Shown: in pieces, positions 10,266-19,977 of the stretch
How positions within the stretch are numbered: the first letter of the stretch is position 1
Layout: the number at the start of each line of letters is the position of its first letter
Assembly (NCBI GenBank): GCA_011364965.1
Contig: RDOB01000003.1
Span: 160,001 to 224,000 of the forward strand
Reading direction: 5' to 3'
Length of the DNA stretch: 64,000 nucleotides
From: Candidatus Heimdallarchaeota archaeon
GTDB taxonomy: Archaea > Asgardarchaeota > Heimdallarchaeia > Hodarchaeales > Hodarchaeaceae
The notes under the pieces: model-generated
Told to the model about the DNA's origin: nothing
Seen by the model: the letters and a program-made list of their open reading frames with translations, nothing else
The model's database searches: none
Position numbers and translations under genes: made by a program

Positions 10266-12668
10266 ATGATAAAATATCATTTAAATGTCTCTAAAATTGG
10301 AATAATTTTCCTAGTAATCTTAATTATTCCTAACATTACAGTTAACAGCAATCAAACTCCAACTAAACAATTATCAAATCAATTGAATTCAACACAAGAA
10401 ACCACGAATATTAATGTTCTCGTTGTACTTATGGAAATTCCAAATGACCCCCATCATCCAAGTCATACGACTGATTATTATGAAACCCTATTTTTCTCAA
10501 TGAGTGGTAGTTTGAGCGTTGCGGAATATTTTATGAATACATCTTATGGTGTTGTCCAATTATATGGTATTGTTCTTGGCTGGTATGAAGCAGAGAATGA
10601 ACTCGAGTTTTATGGTGCAGGAAATCGGATTCCTCCAGGTGCTGACACTCAAACCCAGCTTTTAGCAGATGAGGCGAGATTAAATGCCCAGAATTCGAGT
10701 TTCGATCCAGTAAATTTCGATTTATTCATTGTTATTCATTCAGGGGATGGTCAAGAATATTCTGGAAATTCAGATGATATCTGGTCCCACGCTTCGAGCT
10801 TTTGGTACCAAGATAATGAAGGGTGGAAATTATTAGAATACACTATGAATCATGAATTTGTGGATTATGAAACTCCATCTCATGAATTAGGTCACGCGTT
10901 AAAATTCCCAGATCTTTATGACTTATATTACGAACACGATTTTGCTGGGCCTTATGCTATGATGGATGGAGGCCCTGGACATTTTTCTATTTGGAATAAA
11001 TATTATAGTCATGTCTCAAGGGGAGATTCCCCTCAGCTCCTCGCGCAGGAACATAGATATCAGATTCAAAATTATAGTGATGATACTTTCATAACTATTA
11101 ATCCGATAGCATTGGAGCAACCGAGTGGAATCATGTGGTTAGAAATTGGATGGGACTCAACTGGCTTCACAGATCCAAATTATGGAAGAGGATGGACAAT
11201 AAGTGTACGAGAGGATCTTGATTATGATAGGTTTCTCCCTAAACACGGTGTTGTACTAGCTCGTATCCAAGTTGGGCCGAGAAGTACGTATCAAACACAA
11301 GTAACTGCTGATGTGTATCCTCCATGGGATGTCATCGATTCACATCCTGAAACGAGTGAAAATAAAGATGACGCAGCATTTTCTCTGACAGATGGAGACA
11401 TAGTTTCTTATAAGTCTGGAAACGGATGGGCGATGCAAATTATTGAAAAGTACTCTAATTCATCCTATTTAATTCAGATTACAAATGAAACTAATATCCC
11501 TACTGTAAGAATAATCGATAATAATCAAACAATATCTGGAATATTTCCCCTAAAAGCAATCGTAAATAGCTTTATTAATAAGTCAATCGATTTTGCAGAG
11601 ATTTCTATCGATAATGGAGGTTGGAAGCCAATGGAAAAAATCCATGATGAAGAAGGTAACTTTACGTTTAATTGGGACACAACTAATGAACGAGAAGGAA
11701 GTCACTTAATTCGTGTTAGAGCAGGTGACTCTTCTACTATTCCTTATATTGGACATTCTGAATTTATAGTAATTGAAGTTAATAATTCAAAAGGTACAAT
11801 CCTTATTATTGATGATGATCTAGGAAGATCTGCTGAAGAACCAGTCTTAAATGCATTAGATCAGTTGGGGTATAATGGGGATTATGAAATAATTGAAACC
11901 ACATCTTTCTCTGAAGCAGAAGTATCTGCAGAGGAACTGTCAAAATATGACATTATTTTTTGGATTGGTAATCCTTCCATATCACCTCTGAGCAATTCTC
12001 ATATAAATACAGCAGAATTCAACGAAATAAGAAAATATACTCTTCAGGCAACGTTGGAAAATCCTGCTCAGATCATATTCATGTCCAGTTACAATATTTT
12101 TGACTTAAGTAATCAAAATGAAGTTAATAGTCAACAAGTTTCAGAGATTTTCAAAGCTACAAGTCCCCAAAACTTCCGAGCGCCTGTTACTTTGCTGCAA
12201 GGATCTCATTTTTTAGAGAACTTACCAAAGTTTACCTTAGGAGACACTTCCACTTTACGTTCCAATCGTAGTTGTGATGGAGAGGTTGTAGACTTACTTT
12301 CTGGTGCAATACCTATATTGAAGGATATTGATCCAGAATATAATGGATACGATACTAAAGGTTATATCGTTCAACAAGGATTTGTAAAGCTTGTAAATTA
12401 CCTTTTCCAACCTGAGATGGTACCAAATGAAATTTTCGCGGATCTGATTGACAAAACATTAGATTTTCTAATCTCAGGGGAAAATATTGTCACTCAAACA
12501 ACAACTACTAGAACTACAACTTCTATACTAGATTTAGGGGATCTTCTGTTGCCTGCAGGAATTGTTATTGCTATAGTTGGAGGAATTGGAACTGTGGTTT
12601 ACATGAGAAGAGGAATCAGGAAAGAATCTAAGGTATCATCCTACTGGTTGAAATCTGAAAAAAACTAG
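10266..12668 (+). CDS. Membrane-anchored M6 (immune inhibitor A-like) zinc metalloprotease with an Ig-like domain
   Basis: Signal peptide; IHSGDGQE..DIWSH; HELGHALKFPDLY; WDTT…G.H.IRVRA Ig-like module; Thr-rich linker, C-terminal TM helix and basic tail. Confidence 0.88.
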   Translation: MIKYHLNVSKIGIIFLVILIIPNITVNSNQTPTKQLSNQLNSTQETTNINVLVVLMEIPNDPHHPSHTTDYYETLFFSMSGSLSVAEYFMNTSYGVVQLYGIVLGWYEAENELEFYGAGNRIPPGADTQTQLLADEARLNAQNSSFDPVNFDLFIVIHSGDGQEYSGNSDDIWSHASSFWYQDNEGWKLLEYTMNHEFVDYETPSHELGHALKFPDLYDLYYEHDFAGPYAMMDGGPGHFSIWNKYYSHVSRGDSPQLLAQEHRYQIQNYSDDTFITINPIALEQPSGIMWLEIGWDSTGFTDPNYGRGWTISVREDLDYDRFLPKHGVVLARIQVGPRSTYQTQVTADVYPPWDVIDSHPETSENKDDAAFSLTDGDIVSYKSGNGWAMQIIEKYSNSSYLIQITNETNIPTVRIIDNNQTISGIFPLKAIVNSFINKSIDFAEISIDNGGWKPMEKIHDEEGNFTFNWDTTNEREGSHLIRVRAGDSSTIPYIGHSEFIVIEVNNSKGTILIIDDDLGRSAEEPVLNALDQLGYNGDYEIIETTSFSEAEVSAEELSKYDIIFWIGNPSISPLSNSHINTAEFNEIRKYTLQATLENPAQIIFMSSYNIFDLSNQNEVNSQQVSEIFKATSPQNFRAPVTLLQGSHFLENLPKFTLGDTSTLRSNRSCDGEVVDLLSGAIPILKDIDPEYNGYDTKGYIVQQGFVKLVNYLFQPEMVPNEIFADLIDKTLDFLISGENIVTQTTTTRTTTSILDLGDLLLPAGIVIAIVGGIGTVVYMRRGIRKESKVSSYWLKSEKN

Positions 12669-12685
12669 CTGATTAATTCATTATA

Positions 12686-13585
12686 CTATGTTTCTGAGGT
12701 ATCAGATTTTACATTAAGGTAAATCCCTAATAGAATTAAAGATCCACCAACAATAGTAGAAGGAGGTAATGGTTCTACTAGGATTATAACACTTAGTAAA
12801 CTTGCCCCAACAGACTCTCCTATAACTGATAATGAAACTGTTTGCGCAGATATTTTTTTCATTGCAAAAATGAGCATTGCGTGTCCAAGTAGGCTAGGGC
12901 CGATTGCCAATAGAAAAAACCAAATAAAATCTTCTAGAGGAAAATTAAAAAGATTTTCACTCAGTATTAAGGAATAAAACAATAAAAATATAGAACAAAA
13001 TAAATTCACCATGAAAACATAAGGAATGTTAGGTACACTCCTAGAAGTTCGCATTAATCGACCAATAACAAAATAAAAAGCTATCATAAGAGCACCAATT
13101 AATGCAAGGATAACACCTTCGGGGAATAAAGTGGTCGAATCTTGACTAGAAACCGAACTGATGAAAAATACTCCAACAAACGCAAGAAATAGTCCAATTA
13201 GTTGATAAATTGTAATTTTCTCCTTATATAAGAAAAATTGTATTAACATTACCCATAATGGAGAGGAATTAACGACTATCACAGAAATAGCGACAGTTGT
13301 ATATTGTAAACTCTGAATCCAAGATAAAAAATGAAGAGAAAGGAAAAATCCAGAAATAATAAAATATTTTAGGTAATCCCAACTGAGATATTCTATGATT
13401 TGACTTCGTGCTTTAGAGTAAAGAATTATTGGAATCAATAATATAATAGAAAGAGTTAAACGCCAAAAAGCTATCACAACTGCAGGAGAAGTGCAAAAAC
13501 GAATTAAAATAGCCGCCCAAGAAACCGCAAAAATAGCAAGAAACAAGCTTAGGTGATAGGTTTTCTTAGAATCAGCCATAGGCAT
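12686..13585 (-). CDS. EamA/DMT-family transporter
   Basis: About 10 TM helices; AFWRL, LHFLSW..SL.YT.VA motifs. Confidence 0.9.
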   Translation of the reverse strand: MPMADSKKTYHLSLFLAIFAVSWAAILIRFCTSPAVVIAFWRLTLSIILLIPIILYSKARSQIIEYLSWDYLKYFIISGFFLSLHFLSWIQSLQYTTVAISVIVVNSSPLWVMLIQFFLYKEKITIYQLIGLFLAFVGVFFISSVSSQDSTTLFPEGVILALIGALMIAFYFVIGRLMRTSRSVPNIPYVFMVNLFCSIFLLFYSLILSENLFNFPLEDFIWFFLLAIGPSLLGHAMLIFAMKKISAQTVSLSVIGESVGASLLSVIILVEPLPPSTIVGGSLILLGIYLNVKSDTSET

Positions 13586-13735
13586 AGCAAATCACAAATA
13601 GTGTTTTTAAGTCCACGATTTTAACAATAACAGCATTGAAGAATTTTTAAATATTGTTAGGACAACCAAAAAAAATCCCTCTTAAATGGTTTTATCATTA
13701 TTTCTCCATTAAATTCATTAGGATTACGTGACTAT

Positions 13736-14617
13736 ATGTTAAAAATCAATGATTCAAGGAAATTTGCCCCAAGAATAGGTGCGCACAAATCTATCGCGAT
13801 ATCATTAGATTTAGCAGTAGATCGTGCATTAGAAAGCACCTGTGAATGTTTGCAAATTTTCACACGACCTCCACGTCGATGGGAGGCTGGAGAAAGTAGT
13901 TTAACTTCGGAAATAAGAAATAATTTCCTAAAAAAGTGTGAAAAAGCAAATTTCTATGATACAGCTATTCATATGCCTTATCTCCCAAATTTAGCTTCCC
14001 CTGATGACACTTTATATCAAAAATCTATACAAGTACTCTCAGAAGAAATAGAAAAATCATTCTTACTTAAAGCTCCATTCGTTATAACACATTTAGGAAG
14101 TCCTAAAGAGAGAAACGAAGACTTTGCTTCAGAAAGAGTTGCAAAAGCATTAGATATCGCCTTATCCGATCTTAAATCCCCAACAATGGTATTATTGGAG
14201 AATTCCACCGCGCGAAGAAAAAATTGGGGGACTAAATTTAGTCATATTGAAAAAATATTATCCAAAGTAACTAATTCAGCCCATATTGGCGTTTGCTTCG
14301 ATACAGCTCATGCATTTTCTGCTGGATATGATATTCGAACCACAGAGGGTTTACACGCGGTAATTGACACAATAAATGACAGCTTAGGTAAAGAGAAATT
14401 AAAATTAATCCATTTAAACGATTCAAAAGGAAAATTTGGATCTGGAGTTGACCATCACGAACATATTGGACAAGGCAATATTGGAATCGATTGTTTCAGG
14501 GAATTAATGCAGAATCCACGCTTCAAAAGGATTCCAATGATTATTGAAACGCCTAAAGAAGATGATCAGAGTGATATTAATAATATACAATTACTAAAAA
14601 CATTGCGATCAAGTTGA
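13736..14617 (+). CDS. nfo: Endonuclease IV (AP endonuclease)
   Basis: IGAH.SIA, QIFT, H.PYLPNLAS, LLEN, CFDTAH, HLNDSK, DHHEHIG.G, ETP. Confidence 0.95.
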   Translation: MLKINDSRKFAPRIGAHKSIAISLDLAVDRALESTCECLQIFTRPPRRWEAGESSLTSEIRNNFLKKCEKANFYDTAIHMPYLPNLASPDDTLYQKSIQVLSEEIEKSFLLKAPFVITHLGSPKERNEDFASERVAKALDIALSDLKSPTMVLLENSTARRKNWGTKFSHIEKILSKVTNSAHIGVCFDTAHAFSAGYDIRTTEGLHAVIDTINDSLGKEKLKLIHLNDSKGKFGSGVDHHEHIGQGNIGIDCFRELMQNPRFKRIPMIIETPKEDDQSDINNIQLLKTLRSS

Positions 14618-14662
14618 TTTATGATCTCATCCAAAGTTAAATGCTTAGTGAGAGGTAAATAA

Positions 14663-15220
14663 ATGAAAATATCGATTAAGAATTTGCAAAATAGTTATAG
14701 ATTTATGTACCCGAGACCTACAGTAATAGTAACATCTGGTACAATCAAAAAACCAAGTGGGCTAACAATTGCTTGGAGTATGCCTCTTTCAGTCGATCCT
14801 CCTCTTGTAGGAGTCTCAATCACGCGTAAACGTTATTCATACTCAGTTATAGAACAATATAAAGAGTATGTAATAAATATCCCAAATAGTTCTCAAGTAA
14901 AAGAAGCGCATTATATTGGAACGGTAAGTACAAGAGACACGCCACAAAAAATCAAAGATATTGGATTCACGCTCGAAAAATCTAAAATGGTAGAAGCCCC
15001 CCGAATAAAAGAATGTCAAATTAATCTTGAATGTAAATTAATTGAAATTAAAGCAACAGGTGATCATGATTTATTTATTGGCGAAGTAATTGATATAGCA
15101 ATTGACCCTACAATCACTGACAATTGGGCTTTTAATTTGGCAAAATTCCAACCAATTTATTGGAGACAATCAAAAAGCTCCAAAGAAACATTTAAGTTAG
15201 ATTTATCGCGTGAAGACTGA
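14663..15220 (+). CDS. Flavin reductase-like FMN-binding protein
   Basis: YPRPTVIVTS, S.DPP, LEC…GDHDLFIGEV. Confidence 0.9.
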   Translation: MKISIKNLQNSYRFMYPRPTVIVTSGTIKKPSGLTIAWSMPLSVDPPLVGVSITRKRYSYSVIEQYKEYVINIPNSSQVKEAHYIGTVSTRDTPQKIKDIGFTLEKSKMVEAPRIKECQINLECKLIEIKATGDHDLFIGEVIDIAIDPTITDNWAFNLAKFQPIYWRQSKSSKETFKLDLSRED

Positions 15221-15232
15221 GGAAAAAAATCA

Positions 15233-16303
15233 ATGAATGAATTGAGTATCTCAAACCAGCAGGTTTATTTTAAATCAGCTGAAAATATGGAAGAAATCCC
15301 CTCTGAATCGGTAACATTGGTATGTACATCTCCTCCCTACTGGAACGTAAGAGATTACGGAGGAAAACAGATTGGTTACGGCCAAAGTTATCAAGAGTAT
15401 ATAAATTCATTAAATAAAGTTTGGTTTGAATGTATTCGGATTTTACAGCCTAATGGTAAATTCGCAATTAATGTACAGCCATTACCACTGGAAAGTAGGA
15501 GATCAGGATACGGACGAAGAGTTATCCAAAATATCATTTGGGATATCGAAAAATTCATGCGAAAAAATCACTTCTACTTGTCTGGGATGCATTATTGGGA
15601 TAAATCTGAATTCATTTCCAATGTTTCCTGGGGAAGTTATCCCAAAAGTACAAACATAGCGTCTAATACGAGCTTTGAACAAATCTTTGTGTGGGTGAAA
15701 CCAGGTAAGACTCGCAATGTCCCTAAAGAAGATCTTGCGCAAAGCATTCTTCTAAAGGAGGAATGGAGACATTGGGCTGTAAGGTGTATTTGGGATGATA
15801 TTTCTCCTGTCATCAAAATAAACTCAAGAGGAGAAAATAGGTTTGGTCATTCAGCTCCGTTTCCAGAGGATATACCTTATAGATTAATTAGAATGCACAC
15901 AGCATTTAATGAGGTAGTAGTGGATCCATTTCTCGGTTCTGGAACAACATTAAAAGTCTGTCGACTAACAGGACGTAAAGGTATTGGTTATGAGATAAAT
16001 GAAGAATATCGAGAATTAATAGAATCGAGAATAAAAGAAGATTGGGGTATTCCTAAAATACAGCCACAGTATAAAGTATGGGGATCCGAGGACTTCTATA
16101 AAGTTATTGTTGGAACAATGGAGACTGTAAAAATCAATCCCGACATTCATTTTGATGTACTAGTTTCAAAGCTCAAGCAACTCCTACCAGAGAAAATGAC
16201 AATTTCATGGACCGAGCATCTGAAGAAGAAATTCCAAACTGAACACAAAGCAAAAAAGATGGAAAAAAATAAGTCCCTTGACAAATTTTTGAAAATAGAT
16301 TAA
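15233..16303 (+). CDS. Orphan beta-class DNA amino-methyltransferase (likely m4C)
   Basis: TSPPYW catalytic motif N-terminal to HSAPFP and DPFLGSGTT..GIGYEIN SAM-binding motif; no adjacent restriction endonuclease. Confidence 0.92.
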   Translation: MNELSISNQQVYFKSAENMEEIPSESVTLVCTSPPYWNVRDYGGKQIGYGQSYQEYINSLNKVWFECIRILQPNGKFAINVQPLPLESRRSGYGRRVIQNIIWDIEKFMRKNHFYLSGMHYWDKSEFISNVSWGSYPKSTNIASNTSFEQIFVWVKPGKTRNVPKEDLAQSILLKEEWRHWAVRCIWDDISPVIKINSRGENRFGHSAPFPEDIPYRLIRMHTAFNEVVVDPFLGSGTTLKVCRLTGRKGIGYEINEEYRELIESRIKEDWGIPKIQPQYKVWGSEDFYKVIVGTMETVKINPDIHFDVLVSKLKQLLPEKMTISWTEHLKKKFQTEHKAKKMEKNKSLDKFLKID

Positions 16304-16601
16304 AACACACACAACTATATAAAAGTTCAATAACTTTCTTGCCATTCTACAGCTAGAGAAAATAAGAATCCAGAAATTATATGGATCTGTTTTCAATCAA
16401 ATCAAATCCCCTCATTGCTATTATTTTTTTCTTAATAAACGTATTTTTTTTATATTTTAAAAAATAAAATTTATTCTAGAATACAAGGAGTCAAGTGTTT
16501 ATACTATAGAGAAATGACCCTTTTGCACATACAATGAAGTATCTGATATGGGTTCTAGACACTCAACATTTGACTCTTTGATCGAGAAATACCGAACCAA
16601 A

Positions 16602-16617
16602 CGAAAATGTTTATAAA
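16602..16617 (+). promoter_or_regulatory. BRE/TATA promoter of the histone gene (CGAAAA..TTTATAAA)
   Basis: Canonical archaeal BRE-TATA ending about 60 nt upstream of the histone ATG. Confidence 0.65.
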
Positions 16618-16678
16618 GAATGACAAAATAGAGAAAATTGCTGGTAAACTACCAGCGGAGAAAAAGGTGAATAATAAA

Positions 16679-16882
16679 ATGGCAGGATTTGCATCCGCAC
16701 GCGTTGAGAAGTTAATTCGCAACGCTGGTGCCCACCGTGTGTCAGCTGACGCTATTGATCGACTGAATGAAGTACTCACCGAGTATGGTACAAGCATTGC
16801 TAAGTACGCAGTCGAAATTGCGCGCCACTCTGGTCGAAAGACCATTAAAGAGTCTGACATTAAATTGGCGGCAACTAAATAA
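16679..16882 (+). CDS. Archaeal histone (HMf-like, 67 aa)
   Basis: ARVEKLIRNAGAHRVSADA…ARHSGRKTIKESDI histone fold; AAGGTGA SD 8 nt before ATG 16679. Confidence 0.96.
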   Translation: MAGFASARVEKLIRNAGAHRVSADAIDRLNEVLTEYGTSIAKYAVEIARHSGRKTIKESDIKLAATK

Positions 16883-16889
16883 ATAATCT

Positions 16890-16933
16890 GTACCTAGAAT
16901 CAATCTGGTACGATCCTCTCCCTCCTTTTTTTT
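16890..16933 (+). terminator. Stem-loop plus T8 tract after the histone gene
   Basis: GTACC(T)AGA-ATCAA-TCTGGTAC hairpin, then a pyrimidine run and TTTTTTTT at 16926-16933. Confidence 0.6.
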
Positions 16934-16945
16934 ATTCTACATTGC

Positions 16946-17350
16946 TTAAACATTTGGTTGAGCACGTTCAGTTCGTAATTTCTCGGTTTGAAGCTGCTGA
17001 ATTCGGTCTATTTCTGCTAAAAGTGTCCTAATACTTGTGGGTTTAGTAAAAAAACCGATTGCTCCCGATTCCAGAGCTTCTTTCTCTACCCGTTTTTCAG
17101 CACTTACAAATAATACTTTTGCGTTTGGGTCTTTCTTAAGAATTTCTCTCATAGCAACTAGACCGTCAAGAACAGGCATCCTATAGTCCAAAATGATTAT
17201 ATCAGGTTTAATTGGCAATTGTCCAAATTTCTCGATAGCTTCCTTCCCATTGGATGCACTATCTACTACTTCATGACCCTCCATCATAAGCAATTTAGTA
17301 TATATGAGTAGTAGGTCTCTCTCGTCATCTACTAGGAGGATGCGGGCTAT
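16946..17350 (-). CDS. Stand-alone response regulator receiver (CheY-like); start extended to ATA at 17350
   Basis: ARILLVDDE is in frame upstream of the track's start; ILDYRMP, VSA, TKP; GAGGT SD 7 nt before ATA. Confidence 0.9.
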   Translation of the reverse strand: MARILLVDDERDLLLIYTKLLMMEGHEVVDSASNGKEAIEKFGQLPIKPDIIILDYRMPVLDGLVAMREILKKDPNAKVLFVSAEKRVEKEALESGAIGFFTKPTSIRTLLAEIDRIQQLQTEKLRTERAQPNV

Positions 17351-17562
17351 TGTCTTTACCTCTTTAGTTTATTCTTTGATTTAGTTGAAAAATTGTGATT
17401 ACAAATAATCGGGAATGGATGATAGTGTAAGTGTTATTTAAATGTTTAATTATTGTGATTTACTTTATTCAAGCTTGTTTATTAAATCCATCTTTTTAAA
17501 AATTAATATTTCTTCATAACAAGCAGGATTTTACAAAAAATAGATTCCATTCCAGCTTTTAA

Positions 17563-18678
17563 TTAAACCGTTAATTCAGGTTTGCTTAATTCTTCCCCCA
17601 AATAATTCATTAAAGGTACTAAACTGGCGTCCAATCTAGTAATAAATGTACTATGTGGTAAGGAAAGGAAATACCTAAATGAATGGTCGAATGGGATATC
17701 CTCAGTGTTCATTCGTTGGATGAAATCGAATTCAGCCTCATAAGCTGCTCTAAAAGAGGGAAATACAGATATATAGAAAATGTCATGAGCTGATTGTACT
17801 AAAAATGCAGGAGTAAGACTAACATCTATAATGGTAATGGCTTTTTCTAATGACGATTTTTCAGTTGACATGATTGTGATATGTGATAGAAAAGCAATTT
17901 TATAACCTAATTTTCCCAAATTTGGCAAGATTCGTGTTGTTAACATTCCAGTTTGAAGAAAAGTACGAAGCCAACGAGTTGTGGTTGTTTTAGGCTTCCC
18001 TAGCTGATTAGCTATTTTTCTTGGCGAGCTCCCAGGATTGTGAAGCAATGAAAGAAAGACTTCCCACCCTAGTTTAGTAATATTCAATTCTTGGTCAATG
18101 GGAAGAAATATCTGTTTTAAAGGAGAAGTTGGAGATGATTCATCAAGGTAATATTCTAAGCTTCGAGAAAAATCGAGAACTCTTGGAAATTTGGAAAGGA
18201 ATACTGGAAAATTTAATTTATAGTGGGAACTGAATTGAATTTGTTCTTGATAGGCCAAATTATCGAATTTCATCATACTATTAGCCAAATCAGAATAATT
18301 TCGGTTAAAACTACTGATAAATGAGAGGTTACTCTCAACAAGGGAAAAAAAGACACTGGGAATTTCCCTTAAAAAGCTAAATGTCTCAGAAATTTCTCTG
18401 TCAGGACGCTTTGATTCCTTTTGACAACAACTTGATATCGTACGCAAATCAATATTGAATATTTCAGCACCCATAACACTTATATTTGGTAAATAATATT
18501 TACGGAAGTATTTTTGCTTCATTAATCGTTTCTTTATTGTAGCGAAGGTTGAATGTTTTATTCCAACAATAGATGCAATTTCAATATCAGGAGAAGATGG
18601 ATATTGAATTATGCTAGTTAGTACCTTTTTCTCTCTTGTAGAAAGATCATTAGTTAATTTTAACGCATTACCTGGCAT
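17563..18678 (-). CDS. Doubled HTH (Lrp/AsnC-like) putative transcription regulator, paralog B
   Basis: Two wHTH-like segments (IASIVGIKHSTFATIKKRL; IANQLGKPKTTTTRW), each followed by P.L..LG and an alpha/beta domain. Confidence 0.7.
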   Translation of the reverse strand: MPGNALKLTNDLSTREKKVLTSIIQYPSSPDIEIASIVGIKHSTFATIKKRLMKQKYFRKYYLPNISVMGAEIFNIDLRTISSCCQKESKRPDREISETFSFLREIPSVFFSLVESNLSFISSFNRNYSDLANSMMKFDNLAYQEQIQFSSHYKLNFPVFLSKFPRVLDFSRSLEYYLDESSPTSPLKQIFLPIDQELNITKLGWEVFLSLLHNPGSSPRKIANQLGKPKTTTTRWLRTFLQTGMLTTRILPNLGKLGYKIAFLSHITIMSTEKSSLEKAITIIDVSLTPAFLVQSAHDIFYISVFPSFRAAYEAEFDFIQRMNTEDIPFDHSFRYFLSLPHSTFITRLDASLVPLMNYLGEELSKPELTV

Positions 18679-18690
18679 TTCTGAAACTTC

Positions 18691-19800
18691 CTAGGAAATT
18701 TGTTTTAACAAATATCCTTCTTGCTCCCTCAAATAATGAACCAAACTAGAAAATGACTCTTTATAATCTTTCAAGGAAATAATATTATCTAACGACATAA
18801 CAATTTTATTTAGATCAGAAGGTAAATTAAATCTATTCATTTCACCAAAGAACCTACCCTCGACCTCTCGTAAATCATAATAATCGTGAAATATGGAGAA
18901 GAATATTATTTTGTCATAAGTTAAAAATAAATCAGTAGGGGAAAAATATTGTTGAATTAATGTCCTGATTTTCTCACGATCAACTTTCTCTAGACCTTGG
19001 ATAGACACTGTCGCAATTAATTGAATATTAAAACCAAGAGTGGTCAAATCAGGTATATATCGTTGCTGATATAAATTGAGACTTTGGAATTTCTTAACCC
19101 ACCTAGTAATCGTATTTCGAGGTTTCGAGAGTTGTTGGCATAAATCTACAATTGTTGCGTTTGGAAATCTTATTAGTGAATCAAATACCTGCCAACCCAA
19201 GGGAGAAATTTGGCTTATATCAACCTCTGTTCCATTAAATATAGGAACAGTAGGAGGATCAGGTACTTTTATTTCCCAAATGTTTGCTAGAGCTTCAGAG
19301 TATTGTAAAAACCTATAAAATCCTCCTGATGGAAATGATATTATATATCGAGTTAAATCCGTTGGAGAAAGCAATTTAAAATCTAAGTAATAATGAACGA
19401 ATGAATGATGAACTATTGTGAAATCTGTATAGTTTCTATTGATCAATATTACTAATGCACGACTCGGAGATGGCTCAATACTAGTCTTTACTACATTATA
19501 TAATTGTTGTAATCGCTCAAACGCATCAGATTCTGATATTGTCGCTAAAGCTTTTGAATTAAGCTTTGCAATTGTTAATGAAAATAATTCAGCACCTAAT
19601 ACCCGAAAATTTGGGACATTAATGGGATATAGGAGTGGAGAGGAGCCCTCAGGTTCTAAAATCTTCTTTTTAACTGTTGCAAAGGTTGATCGCTTCACAC
19701 CTAGTTTTTCTGCAATAAAAGAATCCGAACTCATTGGATAAGACAATAATCCCACTATTACTTGCTTTTGATTTTGGGAAAGTTTAATTGAAACTGTCAT
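18691..19800 (-). CDS. Doubled HTH (Lrp/AsnC-like) putative transcription regulator, paralog A
   Basis: IAEKLGVKRSTFATVKKK and LSKPRNTITRW segments; collinear with the downstream paralog. Confidence 0.7.
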   Translation of the reverse strand: MTVSIKLSQNQKQVIVGLLSYPMSSDSFIAEKLGVKRSTFATVKKKILEPEGSSPLLYPINVPNFRVLGAELFSLTIAKLNSKALATISESDAFERLQQLYNVVKTSIEPSPSRALVILINRNYTDFTIVHHSFVHYYLDFKLLSPTDLTRYIISFPSGGFYRFLQYSEALANIWEIKVPDPPTVPIFNGTEVDISQISPLGWQVFDSLIRFPNATIVDLCQQLSKPRNTITRWVKKFQSLNLYQQRYIPDLTTLGFNIQLIATVSIQGLEKVDREKIRTLIQQYFSPTDLFLTYDKIIFFSIFHDYYDLREVEGRFFGEMNRFNLPSDLNKIVMSLDNIISLKDYKESFSSLVHYLREQEGYLLKQIS

Positions 19801-19977
19801 AATCCGTAAATCCTAATTTTTCAACCTTAAACCGAGTTCCTCTTAAAGACCTTAATAAAATGATGTAACATATTTTTCTTATTTTTAGTATGAAATTCAT
19901 GGTAAATGAAAATATTGGTAAAAAGGATCTAAAAAGGGAACTTCTTTACAAAAAATAAAAAGAGAGTAAAAACAGAA

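Noticed and set aside
16607-16678. Lys-rich 24-aa N-terminal extension on the histone ORF that looks like a eukaryote-type tail
   Set aside because: Its ATG overlaps the BRE/TATA box, and a strong AAGGTGA SD sits 8 nt before ATG 16679; the extension is most likely promoter and 5' UTR
16555-16860. 101-aa antisense ORF over the histone
   Set aside because: Shadow of the histone's biased codon usage; no motif
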